DNA of 64,000 nt, taken from contig CAWCIZ010000004.1 in assembly GCA_963795855.1 (NCBI GenBank), positions 1-64,000 of the forward strand. Reading direction: 5' to 3'. Under the pieces are notes generated by a model that worked only from the letters and a program-made list of their open reading frames with translations, did no database searches and was not told the origin of the DNA. The position numbers and the translations under genes were made by a program. Within the stretch, counting starts at the first letter, position 1, and each line of letters starts with the position of its first letter. Positions 1 through 9,216 of this stretch are shown here, one piece after another. Origin of the DNA: Vulcanimicrobiota bacterium. GTDB lineage: Bacteria > Vulcanimicrobiota > Vulcanimicrobiia > Vulcanimicrobiales > Vulcanimicrobiaceae.

Positions 1-4
1 TGTT

Positions 5-601
5 TTGGATTTCTTGGTGAAGACGCCAGTTCGAGAGATTCGCGCCTTCGACGCAGATTGGTTCCACGTACATAACGCCTTCAGGTCCCCGGGAAGATTG
101 GAGTCTTCCGAGCTTGGCAAGACGAAAGCTGCCGTATATCAGGGAAGATATGAGAATTTTCGACTCGGGCTTTCAATCGGACCGAAATTCATTGATCGGT
201 CCGATGAAACGGCCTTGCGAGGCGTCACATTCGCCTTCGTGTGCGTTGACAAGGGCTCGTCGCGATCCGCGATCTTCGATTTATTAATTGCGCAAGGTAT
301 TCCGTTCATTGACGCTGGAATGGGGCTTGATCGTAAGAGAGGGCCGATCAACGGAATGCTTCGAATGACGCATTACTCTGCTGAATCAGGACCACAGACT
401 CGCGACAAAGGTTATGACCCGCTTACGGATCGCCCGGACGACGTTTACAGAACAACGATTCAAATCAGCGAGCTTAATGCGTTGAACGCATCCCTCGCCG
501 TCATTCGGTTCAAACAACTTCGAGGTTTCTACTACGAAGAAGTTTCTGACGTAAACCATTTATTTGAGATACGCGATCTCAAGATAGCAGGCGGAGAATA
601 A
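5..601 (+). CDS. ThiF/E1-like adenylyltransferase, C-terminal part (5' truncated by window)
   Basis: FDADWFHVHNAFRSPG...GKTKA...FAFVCVDKGSSR...PFIDAGMG motifs typical of the ThiF/MoeB/E1 family. Confidence 0.8.
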   Translation: MDFLVKTPVREIRAFDADWFHVHNAFRSPGRLESSELGKTKAAVYQGRYENFRLGLSIGPKFIDRSDETALRGVTFAFVCVDKGSSRSAIFDLLIAQGIPFIDAGMGLDRKRGPINGMLRMTHYSAESGPQTRDKGYDPLTDRPDDVYRTTIQISELNALNASLAVIRFKQLRGFYYEEVSDVNHLFEIRDLKIAGGE

Positions 602-604
602 CGC

Positions 605-1006
605 ATGGCAAGATTTGTGTTGCAGCATGTTCACTACATGCCAACAGAAATTGCGCCTGGTGTCCTTTACGTCTCCGAGGAATTTCGCATTGCTATCCAC
701 CTATGTGCTTGCGGATGTGGGGCAAAGATTAAGACGCCACTTGGGCCGACGGAATGGTCTATTACAGAGACCGATCGAGGTCCGAGTGTTTGGCCGTCGA
801 TAGGTAACTGGCAACAAACTTGTCAATCCCACTACGTTATTTCGCGCGGCGGAGTTAAATGGGCCGGCAAATGGACCCCCCAGCAAATCGCCGCTGGGCG
901 TCGCCGCGAGGAGGAACGGCGACGCGAATATGAAGCGACGTATAATAAGAAGCGTGGAGTCTTAGGACGGTTCTGGGATACCGTGAAGAACCTGCTTCGA
1001 TTGTGA
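605..1006 (+). CDS. DUF6527-like Cys/His protein
   Basis: PGVLYVS...HLCACGCG...PSVWPSIGNW...CQSHY; directly follows the ThiF gene. Confidence 0.7.
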   Translation: MARFVLQHVHYMPTEIAPGVLYVSEEFRIAIHLCACGCGAKIKTPLGPTEWSITETDRGPSVWPSIGNWQQTCQSHYVISRGGVKWAGKWTPQQIAAGRRREEERRREYEATYNKKRGVLGRFWDTVKNLLRL

Positions 1007-1062
1007 AACCTTTTTCAATCGAGAGGTAGCGGCCCCGAATTAACATGACGTGACTGCAAGAG

Positions 1063-1272
1063 GTGAGTATGAGTAAGGACCCGCTTTTCATCGAGCAACG
1101 CGATGATGGAAAATATGCGATAAAACGCGCAAACGCTGACCGTGCAAGCGATGTGTGCAGCACTCAGGAAGAGGCGATCGGTCGCGCAAAGGAATTAACG
1201 AATGGGCCGATCCACGTGGAGCGCGTGCGGAACACGAAAGTTGGTTCGCCCGATAAATGGCGGCGCATTTAG
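1063..1272 (+). CDS. small DUF2188-like protein
   Basis: DGKYAIKRANADRAS...TQEEAIGRAKEL pattern. Confidence 0.6.
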   Translation: MSMSKDPLFIEQRDDGKYAIKRANADRASDVCSTQEEAIGRAKELTNGPIHVERVRNTKVGSPDKWRRI

Positions 1273-1317
1273 TTCTTTCCCGGCGACGCCTAAGCTGAGT
1301 ATGTCCGCGTAGTTAAA

Positions 1318-2403
1318 ATGGAAAATGGGGATTTCTCTCCAGAGTACGAACCGTTCAACTTCGATGCGCACGCGCAGGAGGCGGTTAGCGCGTACTTAGC
1401 CGTACGAGCGCTATATGAAGATCTGGCGCGAAGCGTTGAGCACATACTCCGGGAATGTCTTAAACAGAACCATATACATGTCAACTGGGTCAACTCGCGT
1501 GCTAAGGATCCAGAAAGTTTCAGACGTAAGGCGGCGTCACCATCGAGTGATGATCCTGCAGTACCCAAATACAATGATCCACTTCGCCAAATAACCGATC
1601 TGGCCGGCGTTAGGGTAATTGCTTTTTTTAAAGGAACGTTGCCTGAGATCGACCAGATCATTAGCAGCGAGTTCGATGTACTAGAGCGTTCCGACAAGAC
1701 CGAAGCGCTGATCGAAGAGGAGCGCTTCGGCTACCAAAGCATTCACTATCTAGTGAAATTGAATGTCCCCCGACGGGACTTGCCGGAACACCGAGATTTT
1801 AAAGATGGCATCGTCGAGATTCAGGTTCGCACAATATTGCAGCACGCGTGGGCGGAAATTGAACACGACATACAATATAAGTCGACCGTAGTAATCCCCG
1901 CCGAAATTAAGCGGCGTTTTATGGCGTTGGCGGGGTTGTTGGAGCTCGCCGATCGGGAATTTCAAGACATCCATGTTGAAGATCAGCGGATTACGCGTGA
2001 AGCGCGCGAGAGCCTAACTCGAGGCGATCTTAACGTCGAAATAACACCCGATGTGCTTGAAGCTTACTTGAACGAAAATCTCGGGACGGACCGGCGGATG
2101 ACACCTACATCGTACGAGTGGGCGGCCCGTGTTCTAAAGAGCTTGGGATTCGGGACTCTAGCACAAGTAGCGAGTTGCATTGATGGATACGATGATGACC
2201 AATTGAGCCAGATTGCGGTAGCTTACAAGCAGGGGCAAACAACGCGCTTTGAACACATGCTCCTTGCTGGCATGGGAACTGTGTTCATTGAGCGGCATCC
2301 GTTCAGCAAAGAGCCGTGGTGGGAAAGCGTGCAAAGAGAATATCTTGAGAAGTTTCGAGCACATCAAATCCCTGTTCGGCAGTATGATCCACTTTCGCCA
2401 TAG
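1318..2403 (+). CDS. RelA/SpoT-domain small alarmone synthetase-like protein with C-terminal extension
   Basis: SRAKDPESFRRK, DLAGVRVI, GYQSIHY and EIQVRTILQHAWAEIEHDIQYK synthetase motifs. Confidence 0.85.
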   Translation: MENGDFSPEYEPFNFDAHAQEAVSAYLAVRALYEDLARSVEHILRECLKQNHIHVNWVNSRAKDPESFRRKAASPSSDDPAVPKYNDPLRQITDLAGVRVIAFFKGTLPEIDQIISSEFDVLERSDKTEALIEEERFGYQSIHYLVKLNVPRRDLPEHRDFKDGIVEIQVRTILQHAWAEIEHDIQYKSTVVIPAEIKRRFMALAGLLELADREFQDIHVEDQRITREARESLTRGDLNVEITPDVLEAYLNENLGTDRRMTPTSYEWAARVLKSLGFGTLAQVASCIDGYDDDQLSQIAVAYKQGQTTRFEHMLLAGMGTVFIERHPFSKEPWWESVQREYLEKFRAHQIPVRQYDPLSP

Positions 2404-2425
2404 CGAAGGCCTCCATAGATCGGAT

Positions 2426-2629
2426 TTATCCGCGAAGCCACCAAAGCGGATCGTCTTTTCGCACGTCTTGAATCATGTCGCCGGGTTGCGGCGGAGGCGG
2501 CGGCAAAGAACTCGTGCGCCGTTGGGGAAGCTCTTCGTCTATGCCATTATGGAGAGGGCGGTTGATGACGCTTGGAATTCCCAAGAGGGATCCAAAGAAC
2601 TCTACCAACGCCTCAACGATTTTCTTCAT
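2426..2629 (-). CDS. small hypothetical protein (MKKIVEALVEFF...)
   Basis: ATG preceded by AAGGAG ribosome-binding site; 67 aa. Confidence 0.4.
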   Translation of the reverse strand: MKKIVEALVEFFGSLLGIPSVINRPLHNGIDEELPQRRTSSLPPPPPQPGDMIQDVRKDDPLWWLRG

Positions 2630-3115
2630 GATGGCTCCTTTTAGATTCTCCTCTCTCTCGGTAAAGATATCAAACATTACCCTGAGAACCGGTTTCTGCC
2701 GCCGGGGACGCGTGATTCGAGTACCTGAGAGTAGCCGTTGGACGGCGGACAAACGGCGACTCCGATTTCGCGCTAAGAGCTCTGCGGTTCCGCGGCTCTG
2801 GACAGCTCTCGCAGTCCACAACCAGATCTCTATTACGTGGTTGTATGGACTTCCGTGTTGATCCGTCGAGGGTTAAAGACGTCGGCCGCTCCTTTCAGCG
2901 CGGGATTTCCGCGTTTAGCGCGATAACCGGTTGAACCAGAATGGGTTTCCACACAGATCCACTTCCCTGTCCATTGGACCGCGCCCCCACTGCCCACGAA
3001 CTAATCTACTGGAACTGGACTTCCGACCGGCGCGCCGTGGTTCAACGCCACACACGCCAACCGCTGGTTAATATAATATCGTCACAAGCGCGAGTGGCGC
3101 ACGCGTGTCAAACGC

Positions 3116-3898
3116 CTAGAGCCATCGTCTATCGATCATGCTAGCGAAGATTCCGAGTGCGCGCTGTTGGGAACTTCGACGCCGATCTGTGGCAATGGCG
3201 TATGCTTTGTCAGGAAAGGAATGGTCGAGCGCATTGAGAGCAGGGTTGGCCTTTACTGCGGACCTCATCGACTTCCACTTGGGCCAGACCGAATTTAATT
3301 CGTCGATGATGAATATCGGAATCTCGCAATTCGTGCGACATTTTATTCCGAATGCATCGCGTTCTTCGGCCGTGGCTTCGGGCGGCGCAGTGCGCGTAAA
3401 CTTCCAAGAGTATGATTCTGGAAAGTTAGATTGCTCTTCCGCCATCGTTGCAAAGAGATCTTTGAGCGTGCTGGCGTTAACAAGGCCGACGACGATGGGT
3501 GCTGCGCCTGCGAGTGACTCTAAAGCGTCACCTTGAATACGAGATTTGAGCGTCCGGCGCCAAAGTACACCAACCGCATCCGAAAAGTGGCCGGCGGCAT
3601 ATAGCGCGACGAGCCCATTGCACCAGGTGATCCCCGATAAGCGTAGCGCTTCACCGATATCCCACGCGACGAACGGACCGGGACGGAGCTTCTGATCAAT
3701 ATACCGGCGGAGCATCCGTTCCGCGTTAGCGGCGCGTCGAAGTTTCGACTTGGACTTCAGTTTGTGCACTTTGGCAAAGTTCGACGCGAGGGTGAGCATC
3801 GACACGGCCTTTCCCCGCCCCACTAGTTTGCGGAGAAATGTTGAAAACCGGACACCATGTAGCAAATTTGTCCCCGACATCCTACGGGTTCCGGGCAT
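3116..3898 (-). CDS. hypothetical protein, possible N-terminal HTH regulator divergent from the Xis-like gene
   Basis: 260-aa ORF; ERMLRRYIDQKLRPGPFVAWDIGEAL resembles an XRE-type HTH; divergent arrangement. Confidence 0.4.
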   Translation of the reverse strand: MPGTRRMSGTNLLHGVRFSTFLRKLVGRGKAVSMLTLASNFAKVHKLKSKSKLRRAANAERMLRRYIDQKLRPGPFVAWDIGEALRLSGITWCNGLVALYAAGHFSDAVGVLWRRTLKSRIQGDALESLAGAAPIVVGLVNASTLKDLFATMAEEQSNFPESYSWKFTRTAPPEATAEERDAFGIKCRTNCEIPIFIIDELNSVWPKWKSMRSAVKANPALNALDHSFPDKAYAIATDRRRSSQQRALGIFASMIDRRWL

Positions 3899-3983
3899 TG
3901 TTCCGCTTTCGAGTTGTCATCCAGCGCTTCGTTGGCGGGTTTACCGGCGCATTTCCTGCGCGCTTAAATCATGACAGGTTTAT

Positions 3984-4295
3984 ATGCAATCTGTCATCTT
4001 GCAGAGTCAGCCAAACGCCGCTATGCTCAGCCCAGGCAGTGAGGGAGATCGAATGATTACAGAATGCGACTTCCCGCACCGAACTCAACGGGATACGCTT
4101 ACGATAGGTGAAGCCGCGGAGCGCCTTGGTATAACAATTGAGCTCGCCAGAAAAGCGGCTCGCGCTGGCGACCTTCCAGCGATCAAGTTTCGCGGGCGGT
4201 TTCTGATCCTTCGCAAGCAATTCGATCGGATGTTAGAGCTCGAGGATGTCGCTGACGCTTCTGCTTTTGACGCCGCGCAAAAGGCCTCGCACTAA
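3984..4295 (+). CDS. excisionase-like HTH (HTH_17/MerR-like) DNA-binding protein
   Basis: TLTIGEAAERLGIT...ARAGDLPAIKFRGRFLI. Confidence 0.75.
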   Translation: MQSVILQSQPNAAMLSPGSEGDRMITECDFPHRTQRDTLTIGEAAERLGITIELARKAARAGDLPAIKFRGRFLILRKQFDRMLELEDVADASAFDAAQKASH

Positions 4296-4374
4296 CAGCG
4301 AGGTCTCTTATTATGTCGCGATACAGCGAGAGGAGATAGGACCAACAACTTAGCTGACGTGTTTGTCGCCTTAA

Positions 4375-4558
4375 ACCGGCCTACGACAGGCACGAAAACT
4401 AGAAAGCCTTTACGACTGGAATCGCAAGGCTTTCCTTAGGCCGGTACCGCGACTGTTCCTGAAAAGAGAGGCGCGGAACTATTGAACCTGTCCATAGGAT
4501 AGCACCTAGGGACGAGGAGGGCAACATGCTCCCTCAACTAGTCGCGCTCCAAGCGCGA
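4375..4558 (+). promoter_or_regulatory. multi-stem structured leader upstream of tnsA
   Basis: Perfect pairings 4375-4383/4437-4445, 4402-4410/4426-4434 and 4448-4454/4540-4546, the last enclosing three hairpins. Confidence 0.55.
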
Positions 4559-4636
4559 ATTAGCGACGACGTAAAGCATGGCGCTGCCCATGCTTCGGAA
4601 ACAGTTCAGGCTGCGGCCAGCGCGTATGGGCGTTAG
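4526..4636 (+). CDS. putative 36-aa leader peptide overlapping the tnsA start
   Basis: GAGGAG RBS then ATG at 4526; TAG at 4634-4636 lies just inside tnsA (ATG 4626). Confidence 0.45.
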   Translation: MLPQLVALQARISDDVKHGAAHASETVQAAASAYGR

Positions 4637-5277
4637 AAAAGTCGGGCCTAATCGGCGCAGCGTTACGGGTCACGTTCCAAGCAAGAAGAAACCAGGGCTT
4701 GTCGCGTTCGAATCAACGCTCGAACGCGATTTCATCATGCTTCTTGAATTCGATCCAGCGGTAAGAACCATAGCCGAACAGCCTATACGGGTCGTATATG
4801 ACGCCGGCAGCTACACGCCGGATTTTTATGTCGAGTTCCATGGTCGTCATGCGCAACCACTTCTAGTAGAAGTAAAATACCGCGATGACCTCTTCACGTC
4901 ATGGAAAGAGCTGCATCCGCGGTTCAGGGCGGCAATGCGATACGCTCGAACCAGCGATCGCCGTTTTAAAATTCTAACGGAATGCGAACTACGAACTACG
5001 CGGCTGCGGAACGTAAAACATCTATGGCGGTACCGCACACTTGAAGTAGATCGGGAGCTGATGTGATCGTATCGTCGCGGATCTGAAAGTTACCGGTCCA
5101 ACTACTATCGAGCAACTTCTGGAAACCATGCGTATCCAAGTAGCCGAGCGAAATGCAGTAATACCGGTAATATGGCATCTAATCGCGATCACCGTAATAT
5201 CTGCGAACCTCGATGACCAGGAGCTGACGCTGCAATCCATGATTGCAATTCAGCAGAACGAGTCAGGCCAAAGTTGA
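4626..5277 (+). pseudogene. tnsA: TnsA endonuclease (frameshift near 5062)
   Basis: MGVRKV...SVTG...FESTLERDF...EQP...YTPDF...VEVK; the C-terminal domain (VIWHLIA...NLDDQELT) continues in another frame from 5065 to the stop at 5277. Confidence 0.85.
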
Positions 5278-7052
5278 TTGCGCGGCCTGACGGTTTAACG
5301 CCAGACTCGCAGCTCGCGTCGCTCATGGAAGTACCTACTCAGGAATCGCCGCAAGATGAAATGCCCGAGGCGGCAGATCGCCCAGAACTCCCGCCTACAC
5401 ATACTATTCCGATACGCGAATGGGAAAAGGCCTGCGCACGACGTGACGCGATCCGAGCGGCCTTTGAAGCGGGTCCTCCGTATTTGCCTCATCTTCGCGA
5501 AGCGAGCGAAAAGACCGGTTGTAGCATCGCCACCCTCTATCGCCATCTTAACCGCTACAGCTACACTCGAGATACGCGTTCTCTTCTCGATCGCGGCAAG
5601 GGCGAACCGCGCCGCTCACGTCTGCATCCCAAAGTTCTGTCTATCATTCGCGAAAAGTTCCAGACGCGCTTCCTATCGGTGGAAAAGCTAAAGCCCTCAG
5701 AGATAAGTTTCGAGGTACGCGCGGAGTGTTGGCGGCAACAGTTACCTCTTCCTCACGCAAACACCGTTCGCAACCACATCCATAAAATGAGGGCGCAATT
5801 GGGTGAGCGCCGCGTTCAAATGAAACGAGGAAATAAGAAGATGGCTGAAACGATGTTTACCCCACGCCACGGCTCTTTCAATGAACACGACAGGCCAGGC
5901 GAGCTTGTCCAAATCGACCACACCAAACTTGACGTGGTACTTGTTGACGAAGATCAGCGCCTGCCCATTGGGCGCGCGTTCATCACAGTTGCGCTCGACG
6001 TTGCAACCAGAATGGTTATTGGATTGTGCATCTCATTAGACCCAGTGGGAACGCTGTCGACTGGCCTTTGTCTGTATCACGCGATGCTTCCAAAGGATGC
6101 CTGGTTGAAAGAACGTGATATCAACAACGTGTGGTCCAGCGTCGGAATGCCCGAGGCACTGCATTTTGACAACGCCAAGGAATTTCTCGGAAAGACGGTC
6201 CAACGGTTTTGCGAAGCGAATGATATTCGCATCGAGCATCGCCCTCTTGGCGTGCCGCATTACGGAGGCCATATCGAGCGACTCATCGGGACACTAAATC
6301 GCGCAATCCATAAAATTCCCGGGGCGACGTTTGCGAACATTCAGGAGCGCGGTGATTATGATTCCGAGGCATATGCGTGCATGACACTGCGAGAATGCGA
6401 AACGTACGTAGCAGAATGGATTACTGGGACGTACCATCGCCGAGTCCATGCTGGCTTGGGATGCACACCGAACGCTGCCTTCGATAGGGCGATGAACTCA
6501 CCCGATAATCCGTGCTTCGGTAAGCCACTGCCGAGCGATTTAGAAAAGGCGCGGCTTGATCTCTTGCCATGGGAGTACCGCACGGTACAAAAGACCGGCA
6601 TCACGTGGGACAAGCTCGTGTATGTCGGAGAGGTTCTCGGCCCGTATACGAATACTACCAATCCTGACGGCACAAGTAAGCAGTTCATCGTCGCTCGCGA
6701 TCCGCGAATGATCAATCAGGCGTACTTCTTTGCGCCTGATGTAAACGAGTACTATGTTCTAAAGCTTCGCAATCCGACGAGGCCGCACGTGAGCAAATGG
6801 GAATGGGACGAACTGCGCCGGCGTCTCCGCAAGGACGGAAAAGCGGACGAGGACGAGGATGCGATTTTCCAATCTCATTTCAAGCAACAGCAGATGATCG
6901 ATGCAGCGGTTTCCAAGACGAGGGGAGCGAGGCGCGAAAGAGAGCGTAAACGGCATCATGCGAAGGCCGTCATATCAGAACCGCCACGTGCCGCAGAACA
7001 AACAGAGTGGGAGACAGACGTAGAGCCGCTCGAAGGAGCGCGAGCATGGTAG
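5274..7052 (+). CDS. tnsB: TnsB/TniA DDE transposase (Mu-like)
   Basis: QIDHT, ALDVATR, HFDNAKEF and GHIERLIGT catalytic motifs; N-terminal HTH. Confidence 0.95.
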   Translation: MIARPDGLTPDSQLASLMEVPTQESPQDEMPEAADRPELPPTHTIPIREWEKACARRDAIRAAFEAGPPYLPHLREASEKTGCSIATLYRHLNRYSYTRDTRSLLDRGKGEPRRSRLHPKVLSIIREKFQTRFLSVEKLKPSEISFEVRAECWRQQLPLPHANTVRNHIHKMRAQLGERRVQMKRGNKKMAETMFTPRHGSFNEHDRPGELVQIDHTKLDVVLVDEDQRLPIGRAFITVALDVATRMVIGLCISLDPVGTLSTGLCLYHAMLPKDAWLKERDINNVWSSVGMPEALHFDNAKEFLGKTVQRFCEANDIRIEHRPLGVPHYGGHIERLIGTLNRAIHKIPGATFANIQERGDYDSEAYACMTLRECETYVAEWITGTYHRRVHAGLGCTPNAAFDRAMNSPDNPCFGKPLPSDLEKARLDLLPWEYRTVQKTGITWDKLVYVGEVLGPYTNTTNPDGTSKQFIVARDPRMINQAYFFAPDVNEYYVLKLRNPTRPHVSKWEWDELRRRLRKDGKADEDEDAIFQSHFKQQQMIDAAVSKTRGARRERERKRHHAKAVISEPPRAAEQTEWETDVEPLEGARAW

Positions 7053-7948
7053 ACAATTCGGGCGACGATCTCAACCACCTTACCGGCGAGGCTGCCGCGC
7101 AGGCGAAACTCGATAACGATACGAGGATCGCTTTAGTCCGAGAGCGCTTGTGGATTCCTACGAAGCATACCCTGCGAATTCATCGCCGACTCGAATATCT
7201 GCTGTCGCATCCAAAGACGAGCAGTATGCCGAATCTGTTGCTTGTCGGTCTCTCGGGAAGTGGCAAAACCACCCTCATAGAGGAATTCTTGGCTCGACAT
7301 CCTCGTTATGAGGACGAGGCGCAGGAATGTTCGCGTATTCCGGTCGTCTTCTGTAATGCGCCGCCCGAGCCTGACCTCGGTGGTTTTTATAATGCGATCT
7401 TGGGCGGCATGGATCTCCCCGCAGATAACAAGCGCATCGACATGCGTCGTCTCCATGTCGAAGACATGCTTGACGCCGTCCATGCGCAACTGTTAATCAT
7501 GGATGAGATTCAGCAGTTTCTCCTGGCTGGCACCAAGATGCAGCGCATCCTCCTGACGGCGCTCAAGAGTTTGAGTAATGCCCTGGACATCCCGATCGTT
7601 GCGGTTGGTACACGCGAGGCATTGAGCCTATTCGGAGAAATCGACGCACAAATCGCGCGGCGGTTCGAAAAGGATGAAATCCCCAAGCTTACGTTCATCC
7701 GCGAATTTGCCCGATTACTGAAGACCTTTGAAACCCTTATCCCGCTAAGGAAACCGTCGAACCTCACAGAGCACAGTATGGCGCTCCGGCTGTTTGAAAT
7801 GTCACGCGGCACCATCGGCCGGCTTGCCAGGACACTCTCGGAAGCGGCAGTCTTCGCAATCGAGGACGGCGACGAGCGAGTCACTCTAGAGATACTGAAG
7901 AAAGTTATGACAGCGGAAATCTACGGGTCCGGCGATCCAGCCGCATGA
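7007..7948 (+). CDS. tnsC: TnsC/TniB AAA+ ATPase
   Basis: Walker A GLSGSGKT, Walker B LLIMDEIQ, QIARRF; follows tnsB. Confidence 0.93.
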   Translation: MGDRRRAARRSASMVDNSGDDLNHLTGEAAAQAKLDNDTRIALVRERLWIPTKHTLRIHRRLEYLLSHPKTSSMPNLLLVGLSGSGKTTLIEEFLARHPRYEDEAQECSRIPVVFCNAPPEPDLGGFYNAILGGMDLPADNKRIDMRRLHVEDMLDAVHAQLLIMDEIQQFLLAGTKMQRILLTALKSLSNALDIPIVAVGTREALSLFGEIDAQIARRFEKDEIPKLTFIREFARLLKTFETLIPLRKPSNLTEHSMALRLFEMSRGTIGRLARTLSEAAVFAIEDGDERVTLEILKKVMTAEIYGSGDPAA

Positions 7949-9216
7949 GCGGCCGCAATAAGTGCCATAGCCTTCTGCTGGGACATACGGCACCGCGCGA
8001 CGACGAGCTGTTATCGTCATGGCTTGTTCGGCTCGCTGCGCAAAATCGGATGAAGCTGCACTCCTTTTGCAAGATGCTCTGGCCGGGAGCTGCGATTTGG
8101 AATCGCGACATCGATAATTCTGTTACACCGGAACTACTCGGTGTACTGGCGGAGCGAACGGGCGTCGACCTGAAGCGGGCAAGTGAGACCGCACTCAAGT
8201 CCTACGAAGGGTTCATCTTCGAGAAGCACAACCCAAACGGGACGACAATCTGGATATTACCACTGGGAATCTACCACAGAACGCGCCTTCGATTTGGATT
8301 GCACTACTGCCCCGATTGCCTCGACCAAGGGATGGTTTACTACCGTAAGATTTGGCGACTGGCGTGGAGCGTCATGTGCGTGGAGCATAACAGACCTCTT
8401 CTCGATAGGTGTAGGTGCGGCTCCCCCATCGTTTTTCATCGTGGCGACCTCGGCGATAGTCAATCGGTCGGCACAGAGCTCGGGCTAACGAAATGCCATC
8501 ATTGCAATGCTGACCTGAGGCGCCTTCAGGGCGGCGCGTGCGATATTTCGCTGACATGTGCAGCGCTCGAAACTCAAAGGACGTGTATGGCAGCCCTAAG
8601 AGATGGCTATATCACGGTAGCCGCTGAGCGCATCGAATCGGTCTTGTTCTTCGCAGGCTTTAGACAATTGCTCCAAATTCTCGCGCACGGTCGGCTCGCT
8701 GTACAACTAAGAGATGCAGGCGCTCCGTGGCGACGTTCCCTACCCGACGTCTCTTTCACAAGCGGCCGAAATTCCAATGTTGAGCGGCTTGCCGTCGAGG
8801 ATCGAACCGTGCTAATGGCTCTAGCGGGCGAGTGGCTTTGTGACTGGCCGGGATCATTCGTTACCAGCTGCAAGAAAGCCGGTTTGACCGCGACGGACAT
8901 CTGCCGCAACATGCGTTACGTGCCATACTGGCTAGCAAAGGTCGTCGACGAGCATTTCGGTTCAGGGACGTATAGTCCGTGTATCGATGAAATAGCCAGT
9001 GCAATAAGTTATCTGCGCAACCGCCAAGAGCCCACCACGAAGACGTCGGTGTCTAAGATGCTTGGAAGAACGGACGTCTTTCGAAAAAGACACTCCACTT
9101 TCTACTGGATGAGCCACAAGACGACGTTTCATCAACAATCAAAGCTGAAAGTAGGTGACGCGATATGGACTCAATATTGCCGTTTCATGCCAAACCAAAG
9201 CCCGATGAAATATTAA
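7945..9216 (+). CDS. tniQ: TniQ/TnsD-family target selector 1
   Basis: DELLSSWLVRLA, YCPDCL, WRLAWSVMCVEH and LLDRCRCG zinc-binding motifs; ATGA overlap with tnsC. Confidence 0.92.
   Translation: MSGRNKCHSLLLGHTAPRDDELLSSWLVRLAAQNRMKLHSFCKMLWPGAAIWNRDIDNSVTPELLGVLAERTGVDLKRASETALKSYEGFIFEKHNPNGTTIWILPLGIYHRTRLRFGLHYCPDCLDQGMVYYRKIWRLAWSVMCVEHNRPLLDRCRCGSPIVFHRGDLGDSQSVGTELGLTKCHHCNADLRRLQGGACDISLTCAALETQRTCMAALRDGYITVAAERIESVLFFAGFRQLLQILAHGRLAVQLRDAGAPWRRSLPDVSFTSGRNSNVERLAVEDRTVLMALAGEWLCDWPGSFVTSCKKAGLTATDICRNMRYVPYWLAKVVDEHFGSGTYSPCIDEIASAISYLRNRQEPTTKTSVSKMLGRTDVFRKRHSTFYWMSHKTTFHQQSKLKVGDAIWTQYCRFMPNQSPMKY

Noticed and set aside
2400..4570. Second transposon end just upstream of tnsA
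   Set aside because: No TGT terminus with arrayed TGAGAAA sites, no CCGCC duplication and no comM 3' half found by eye
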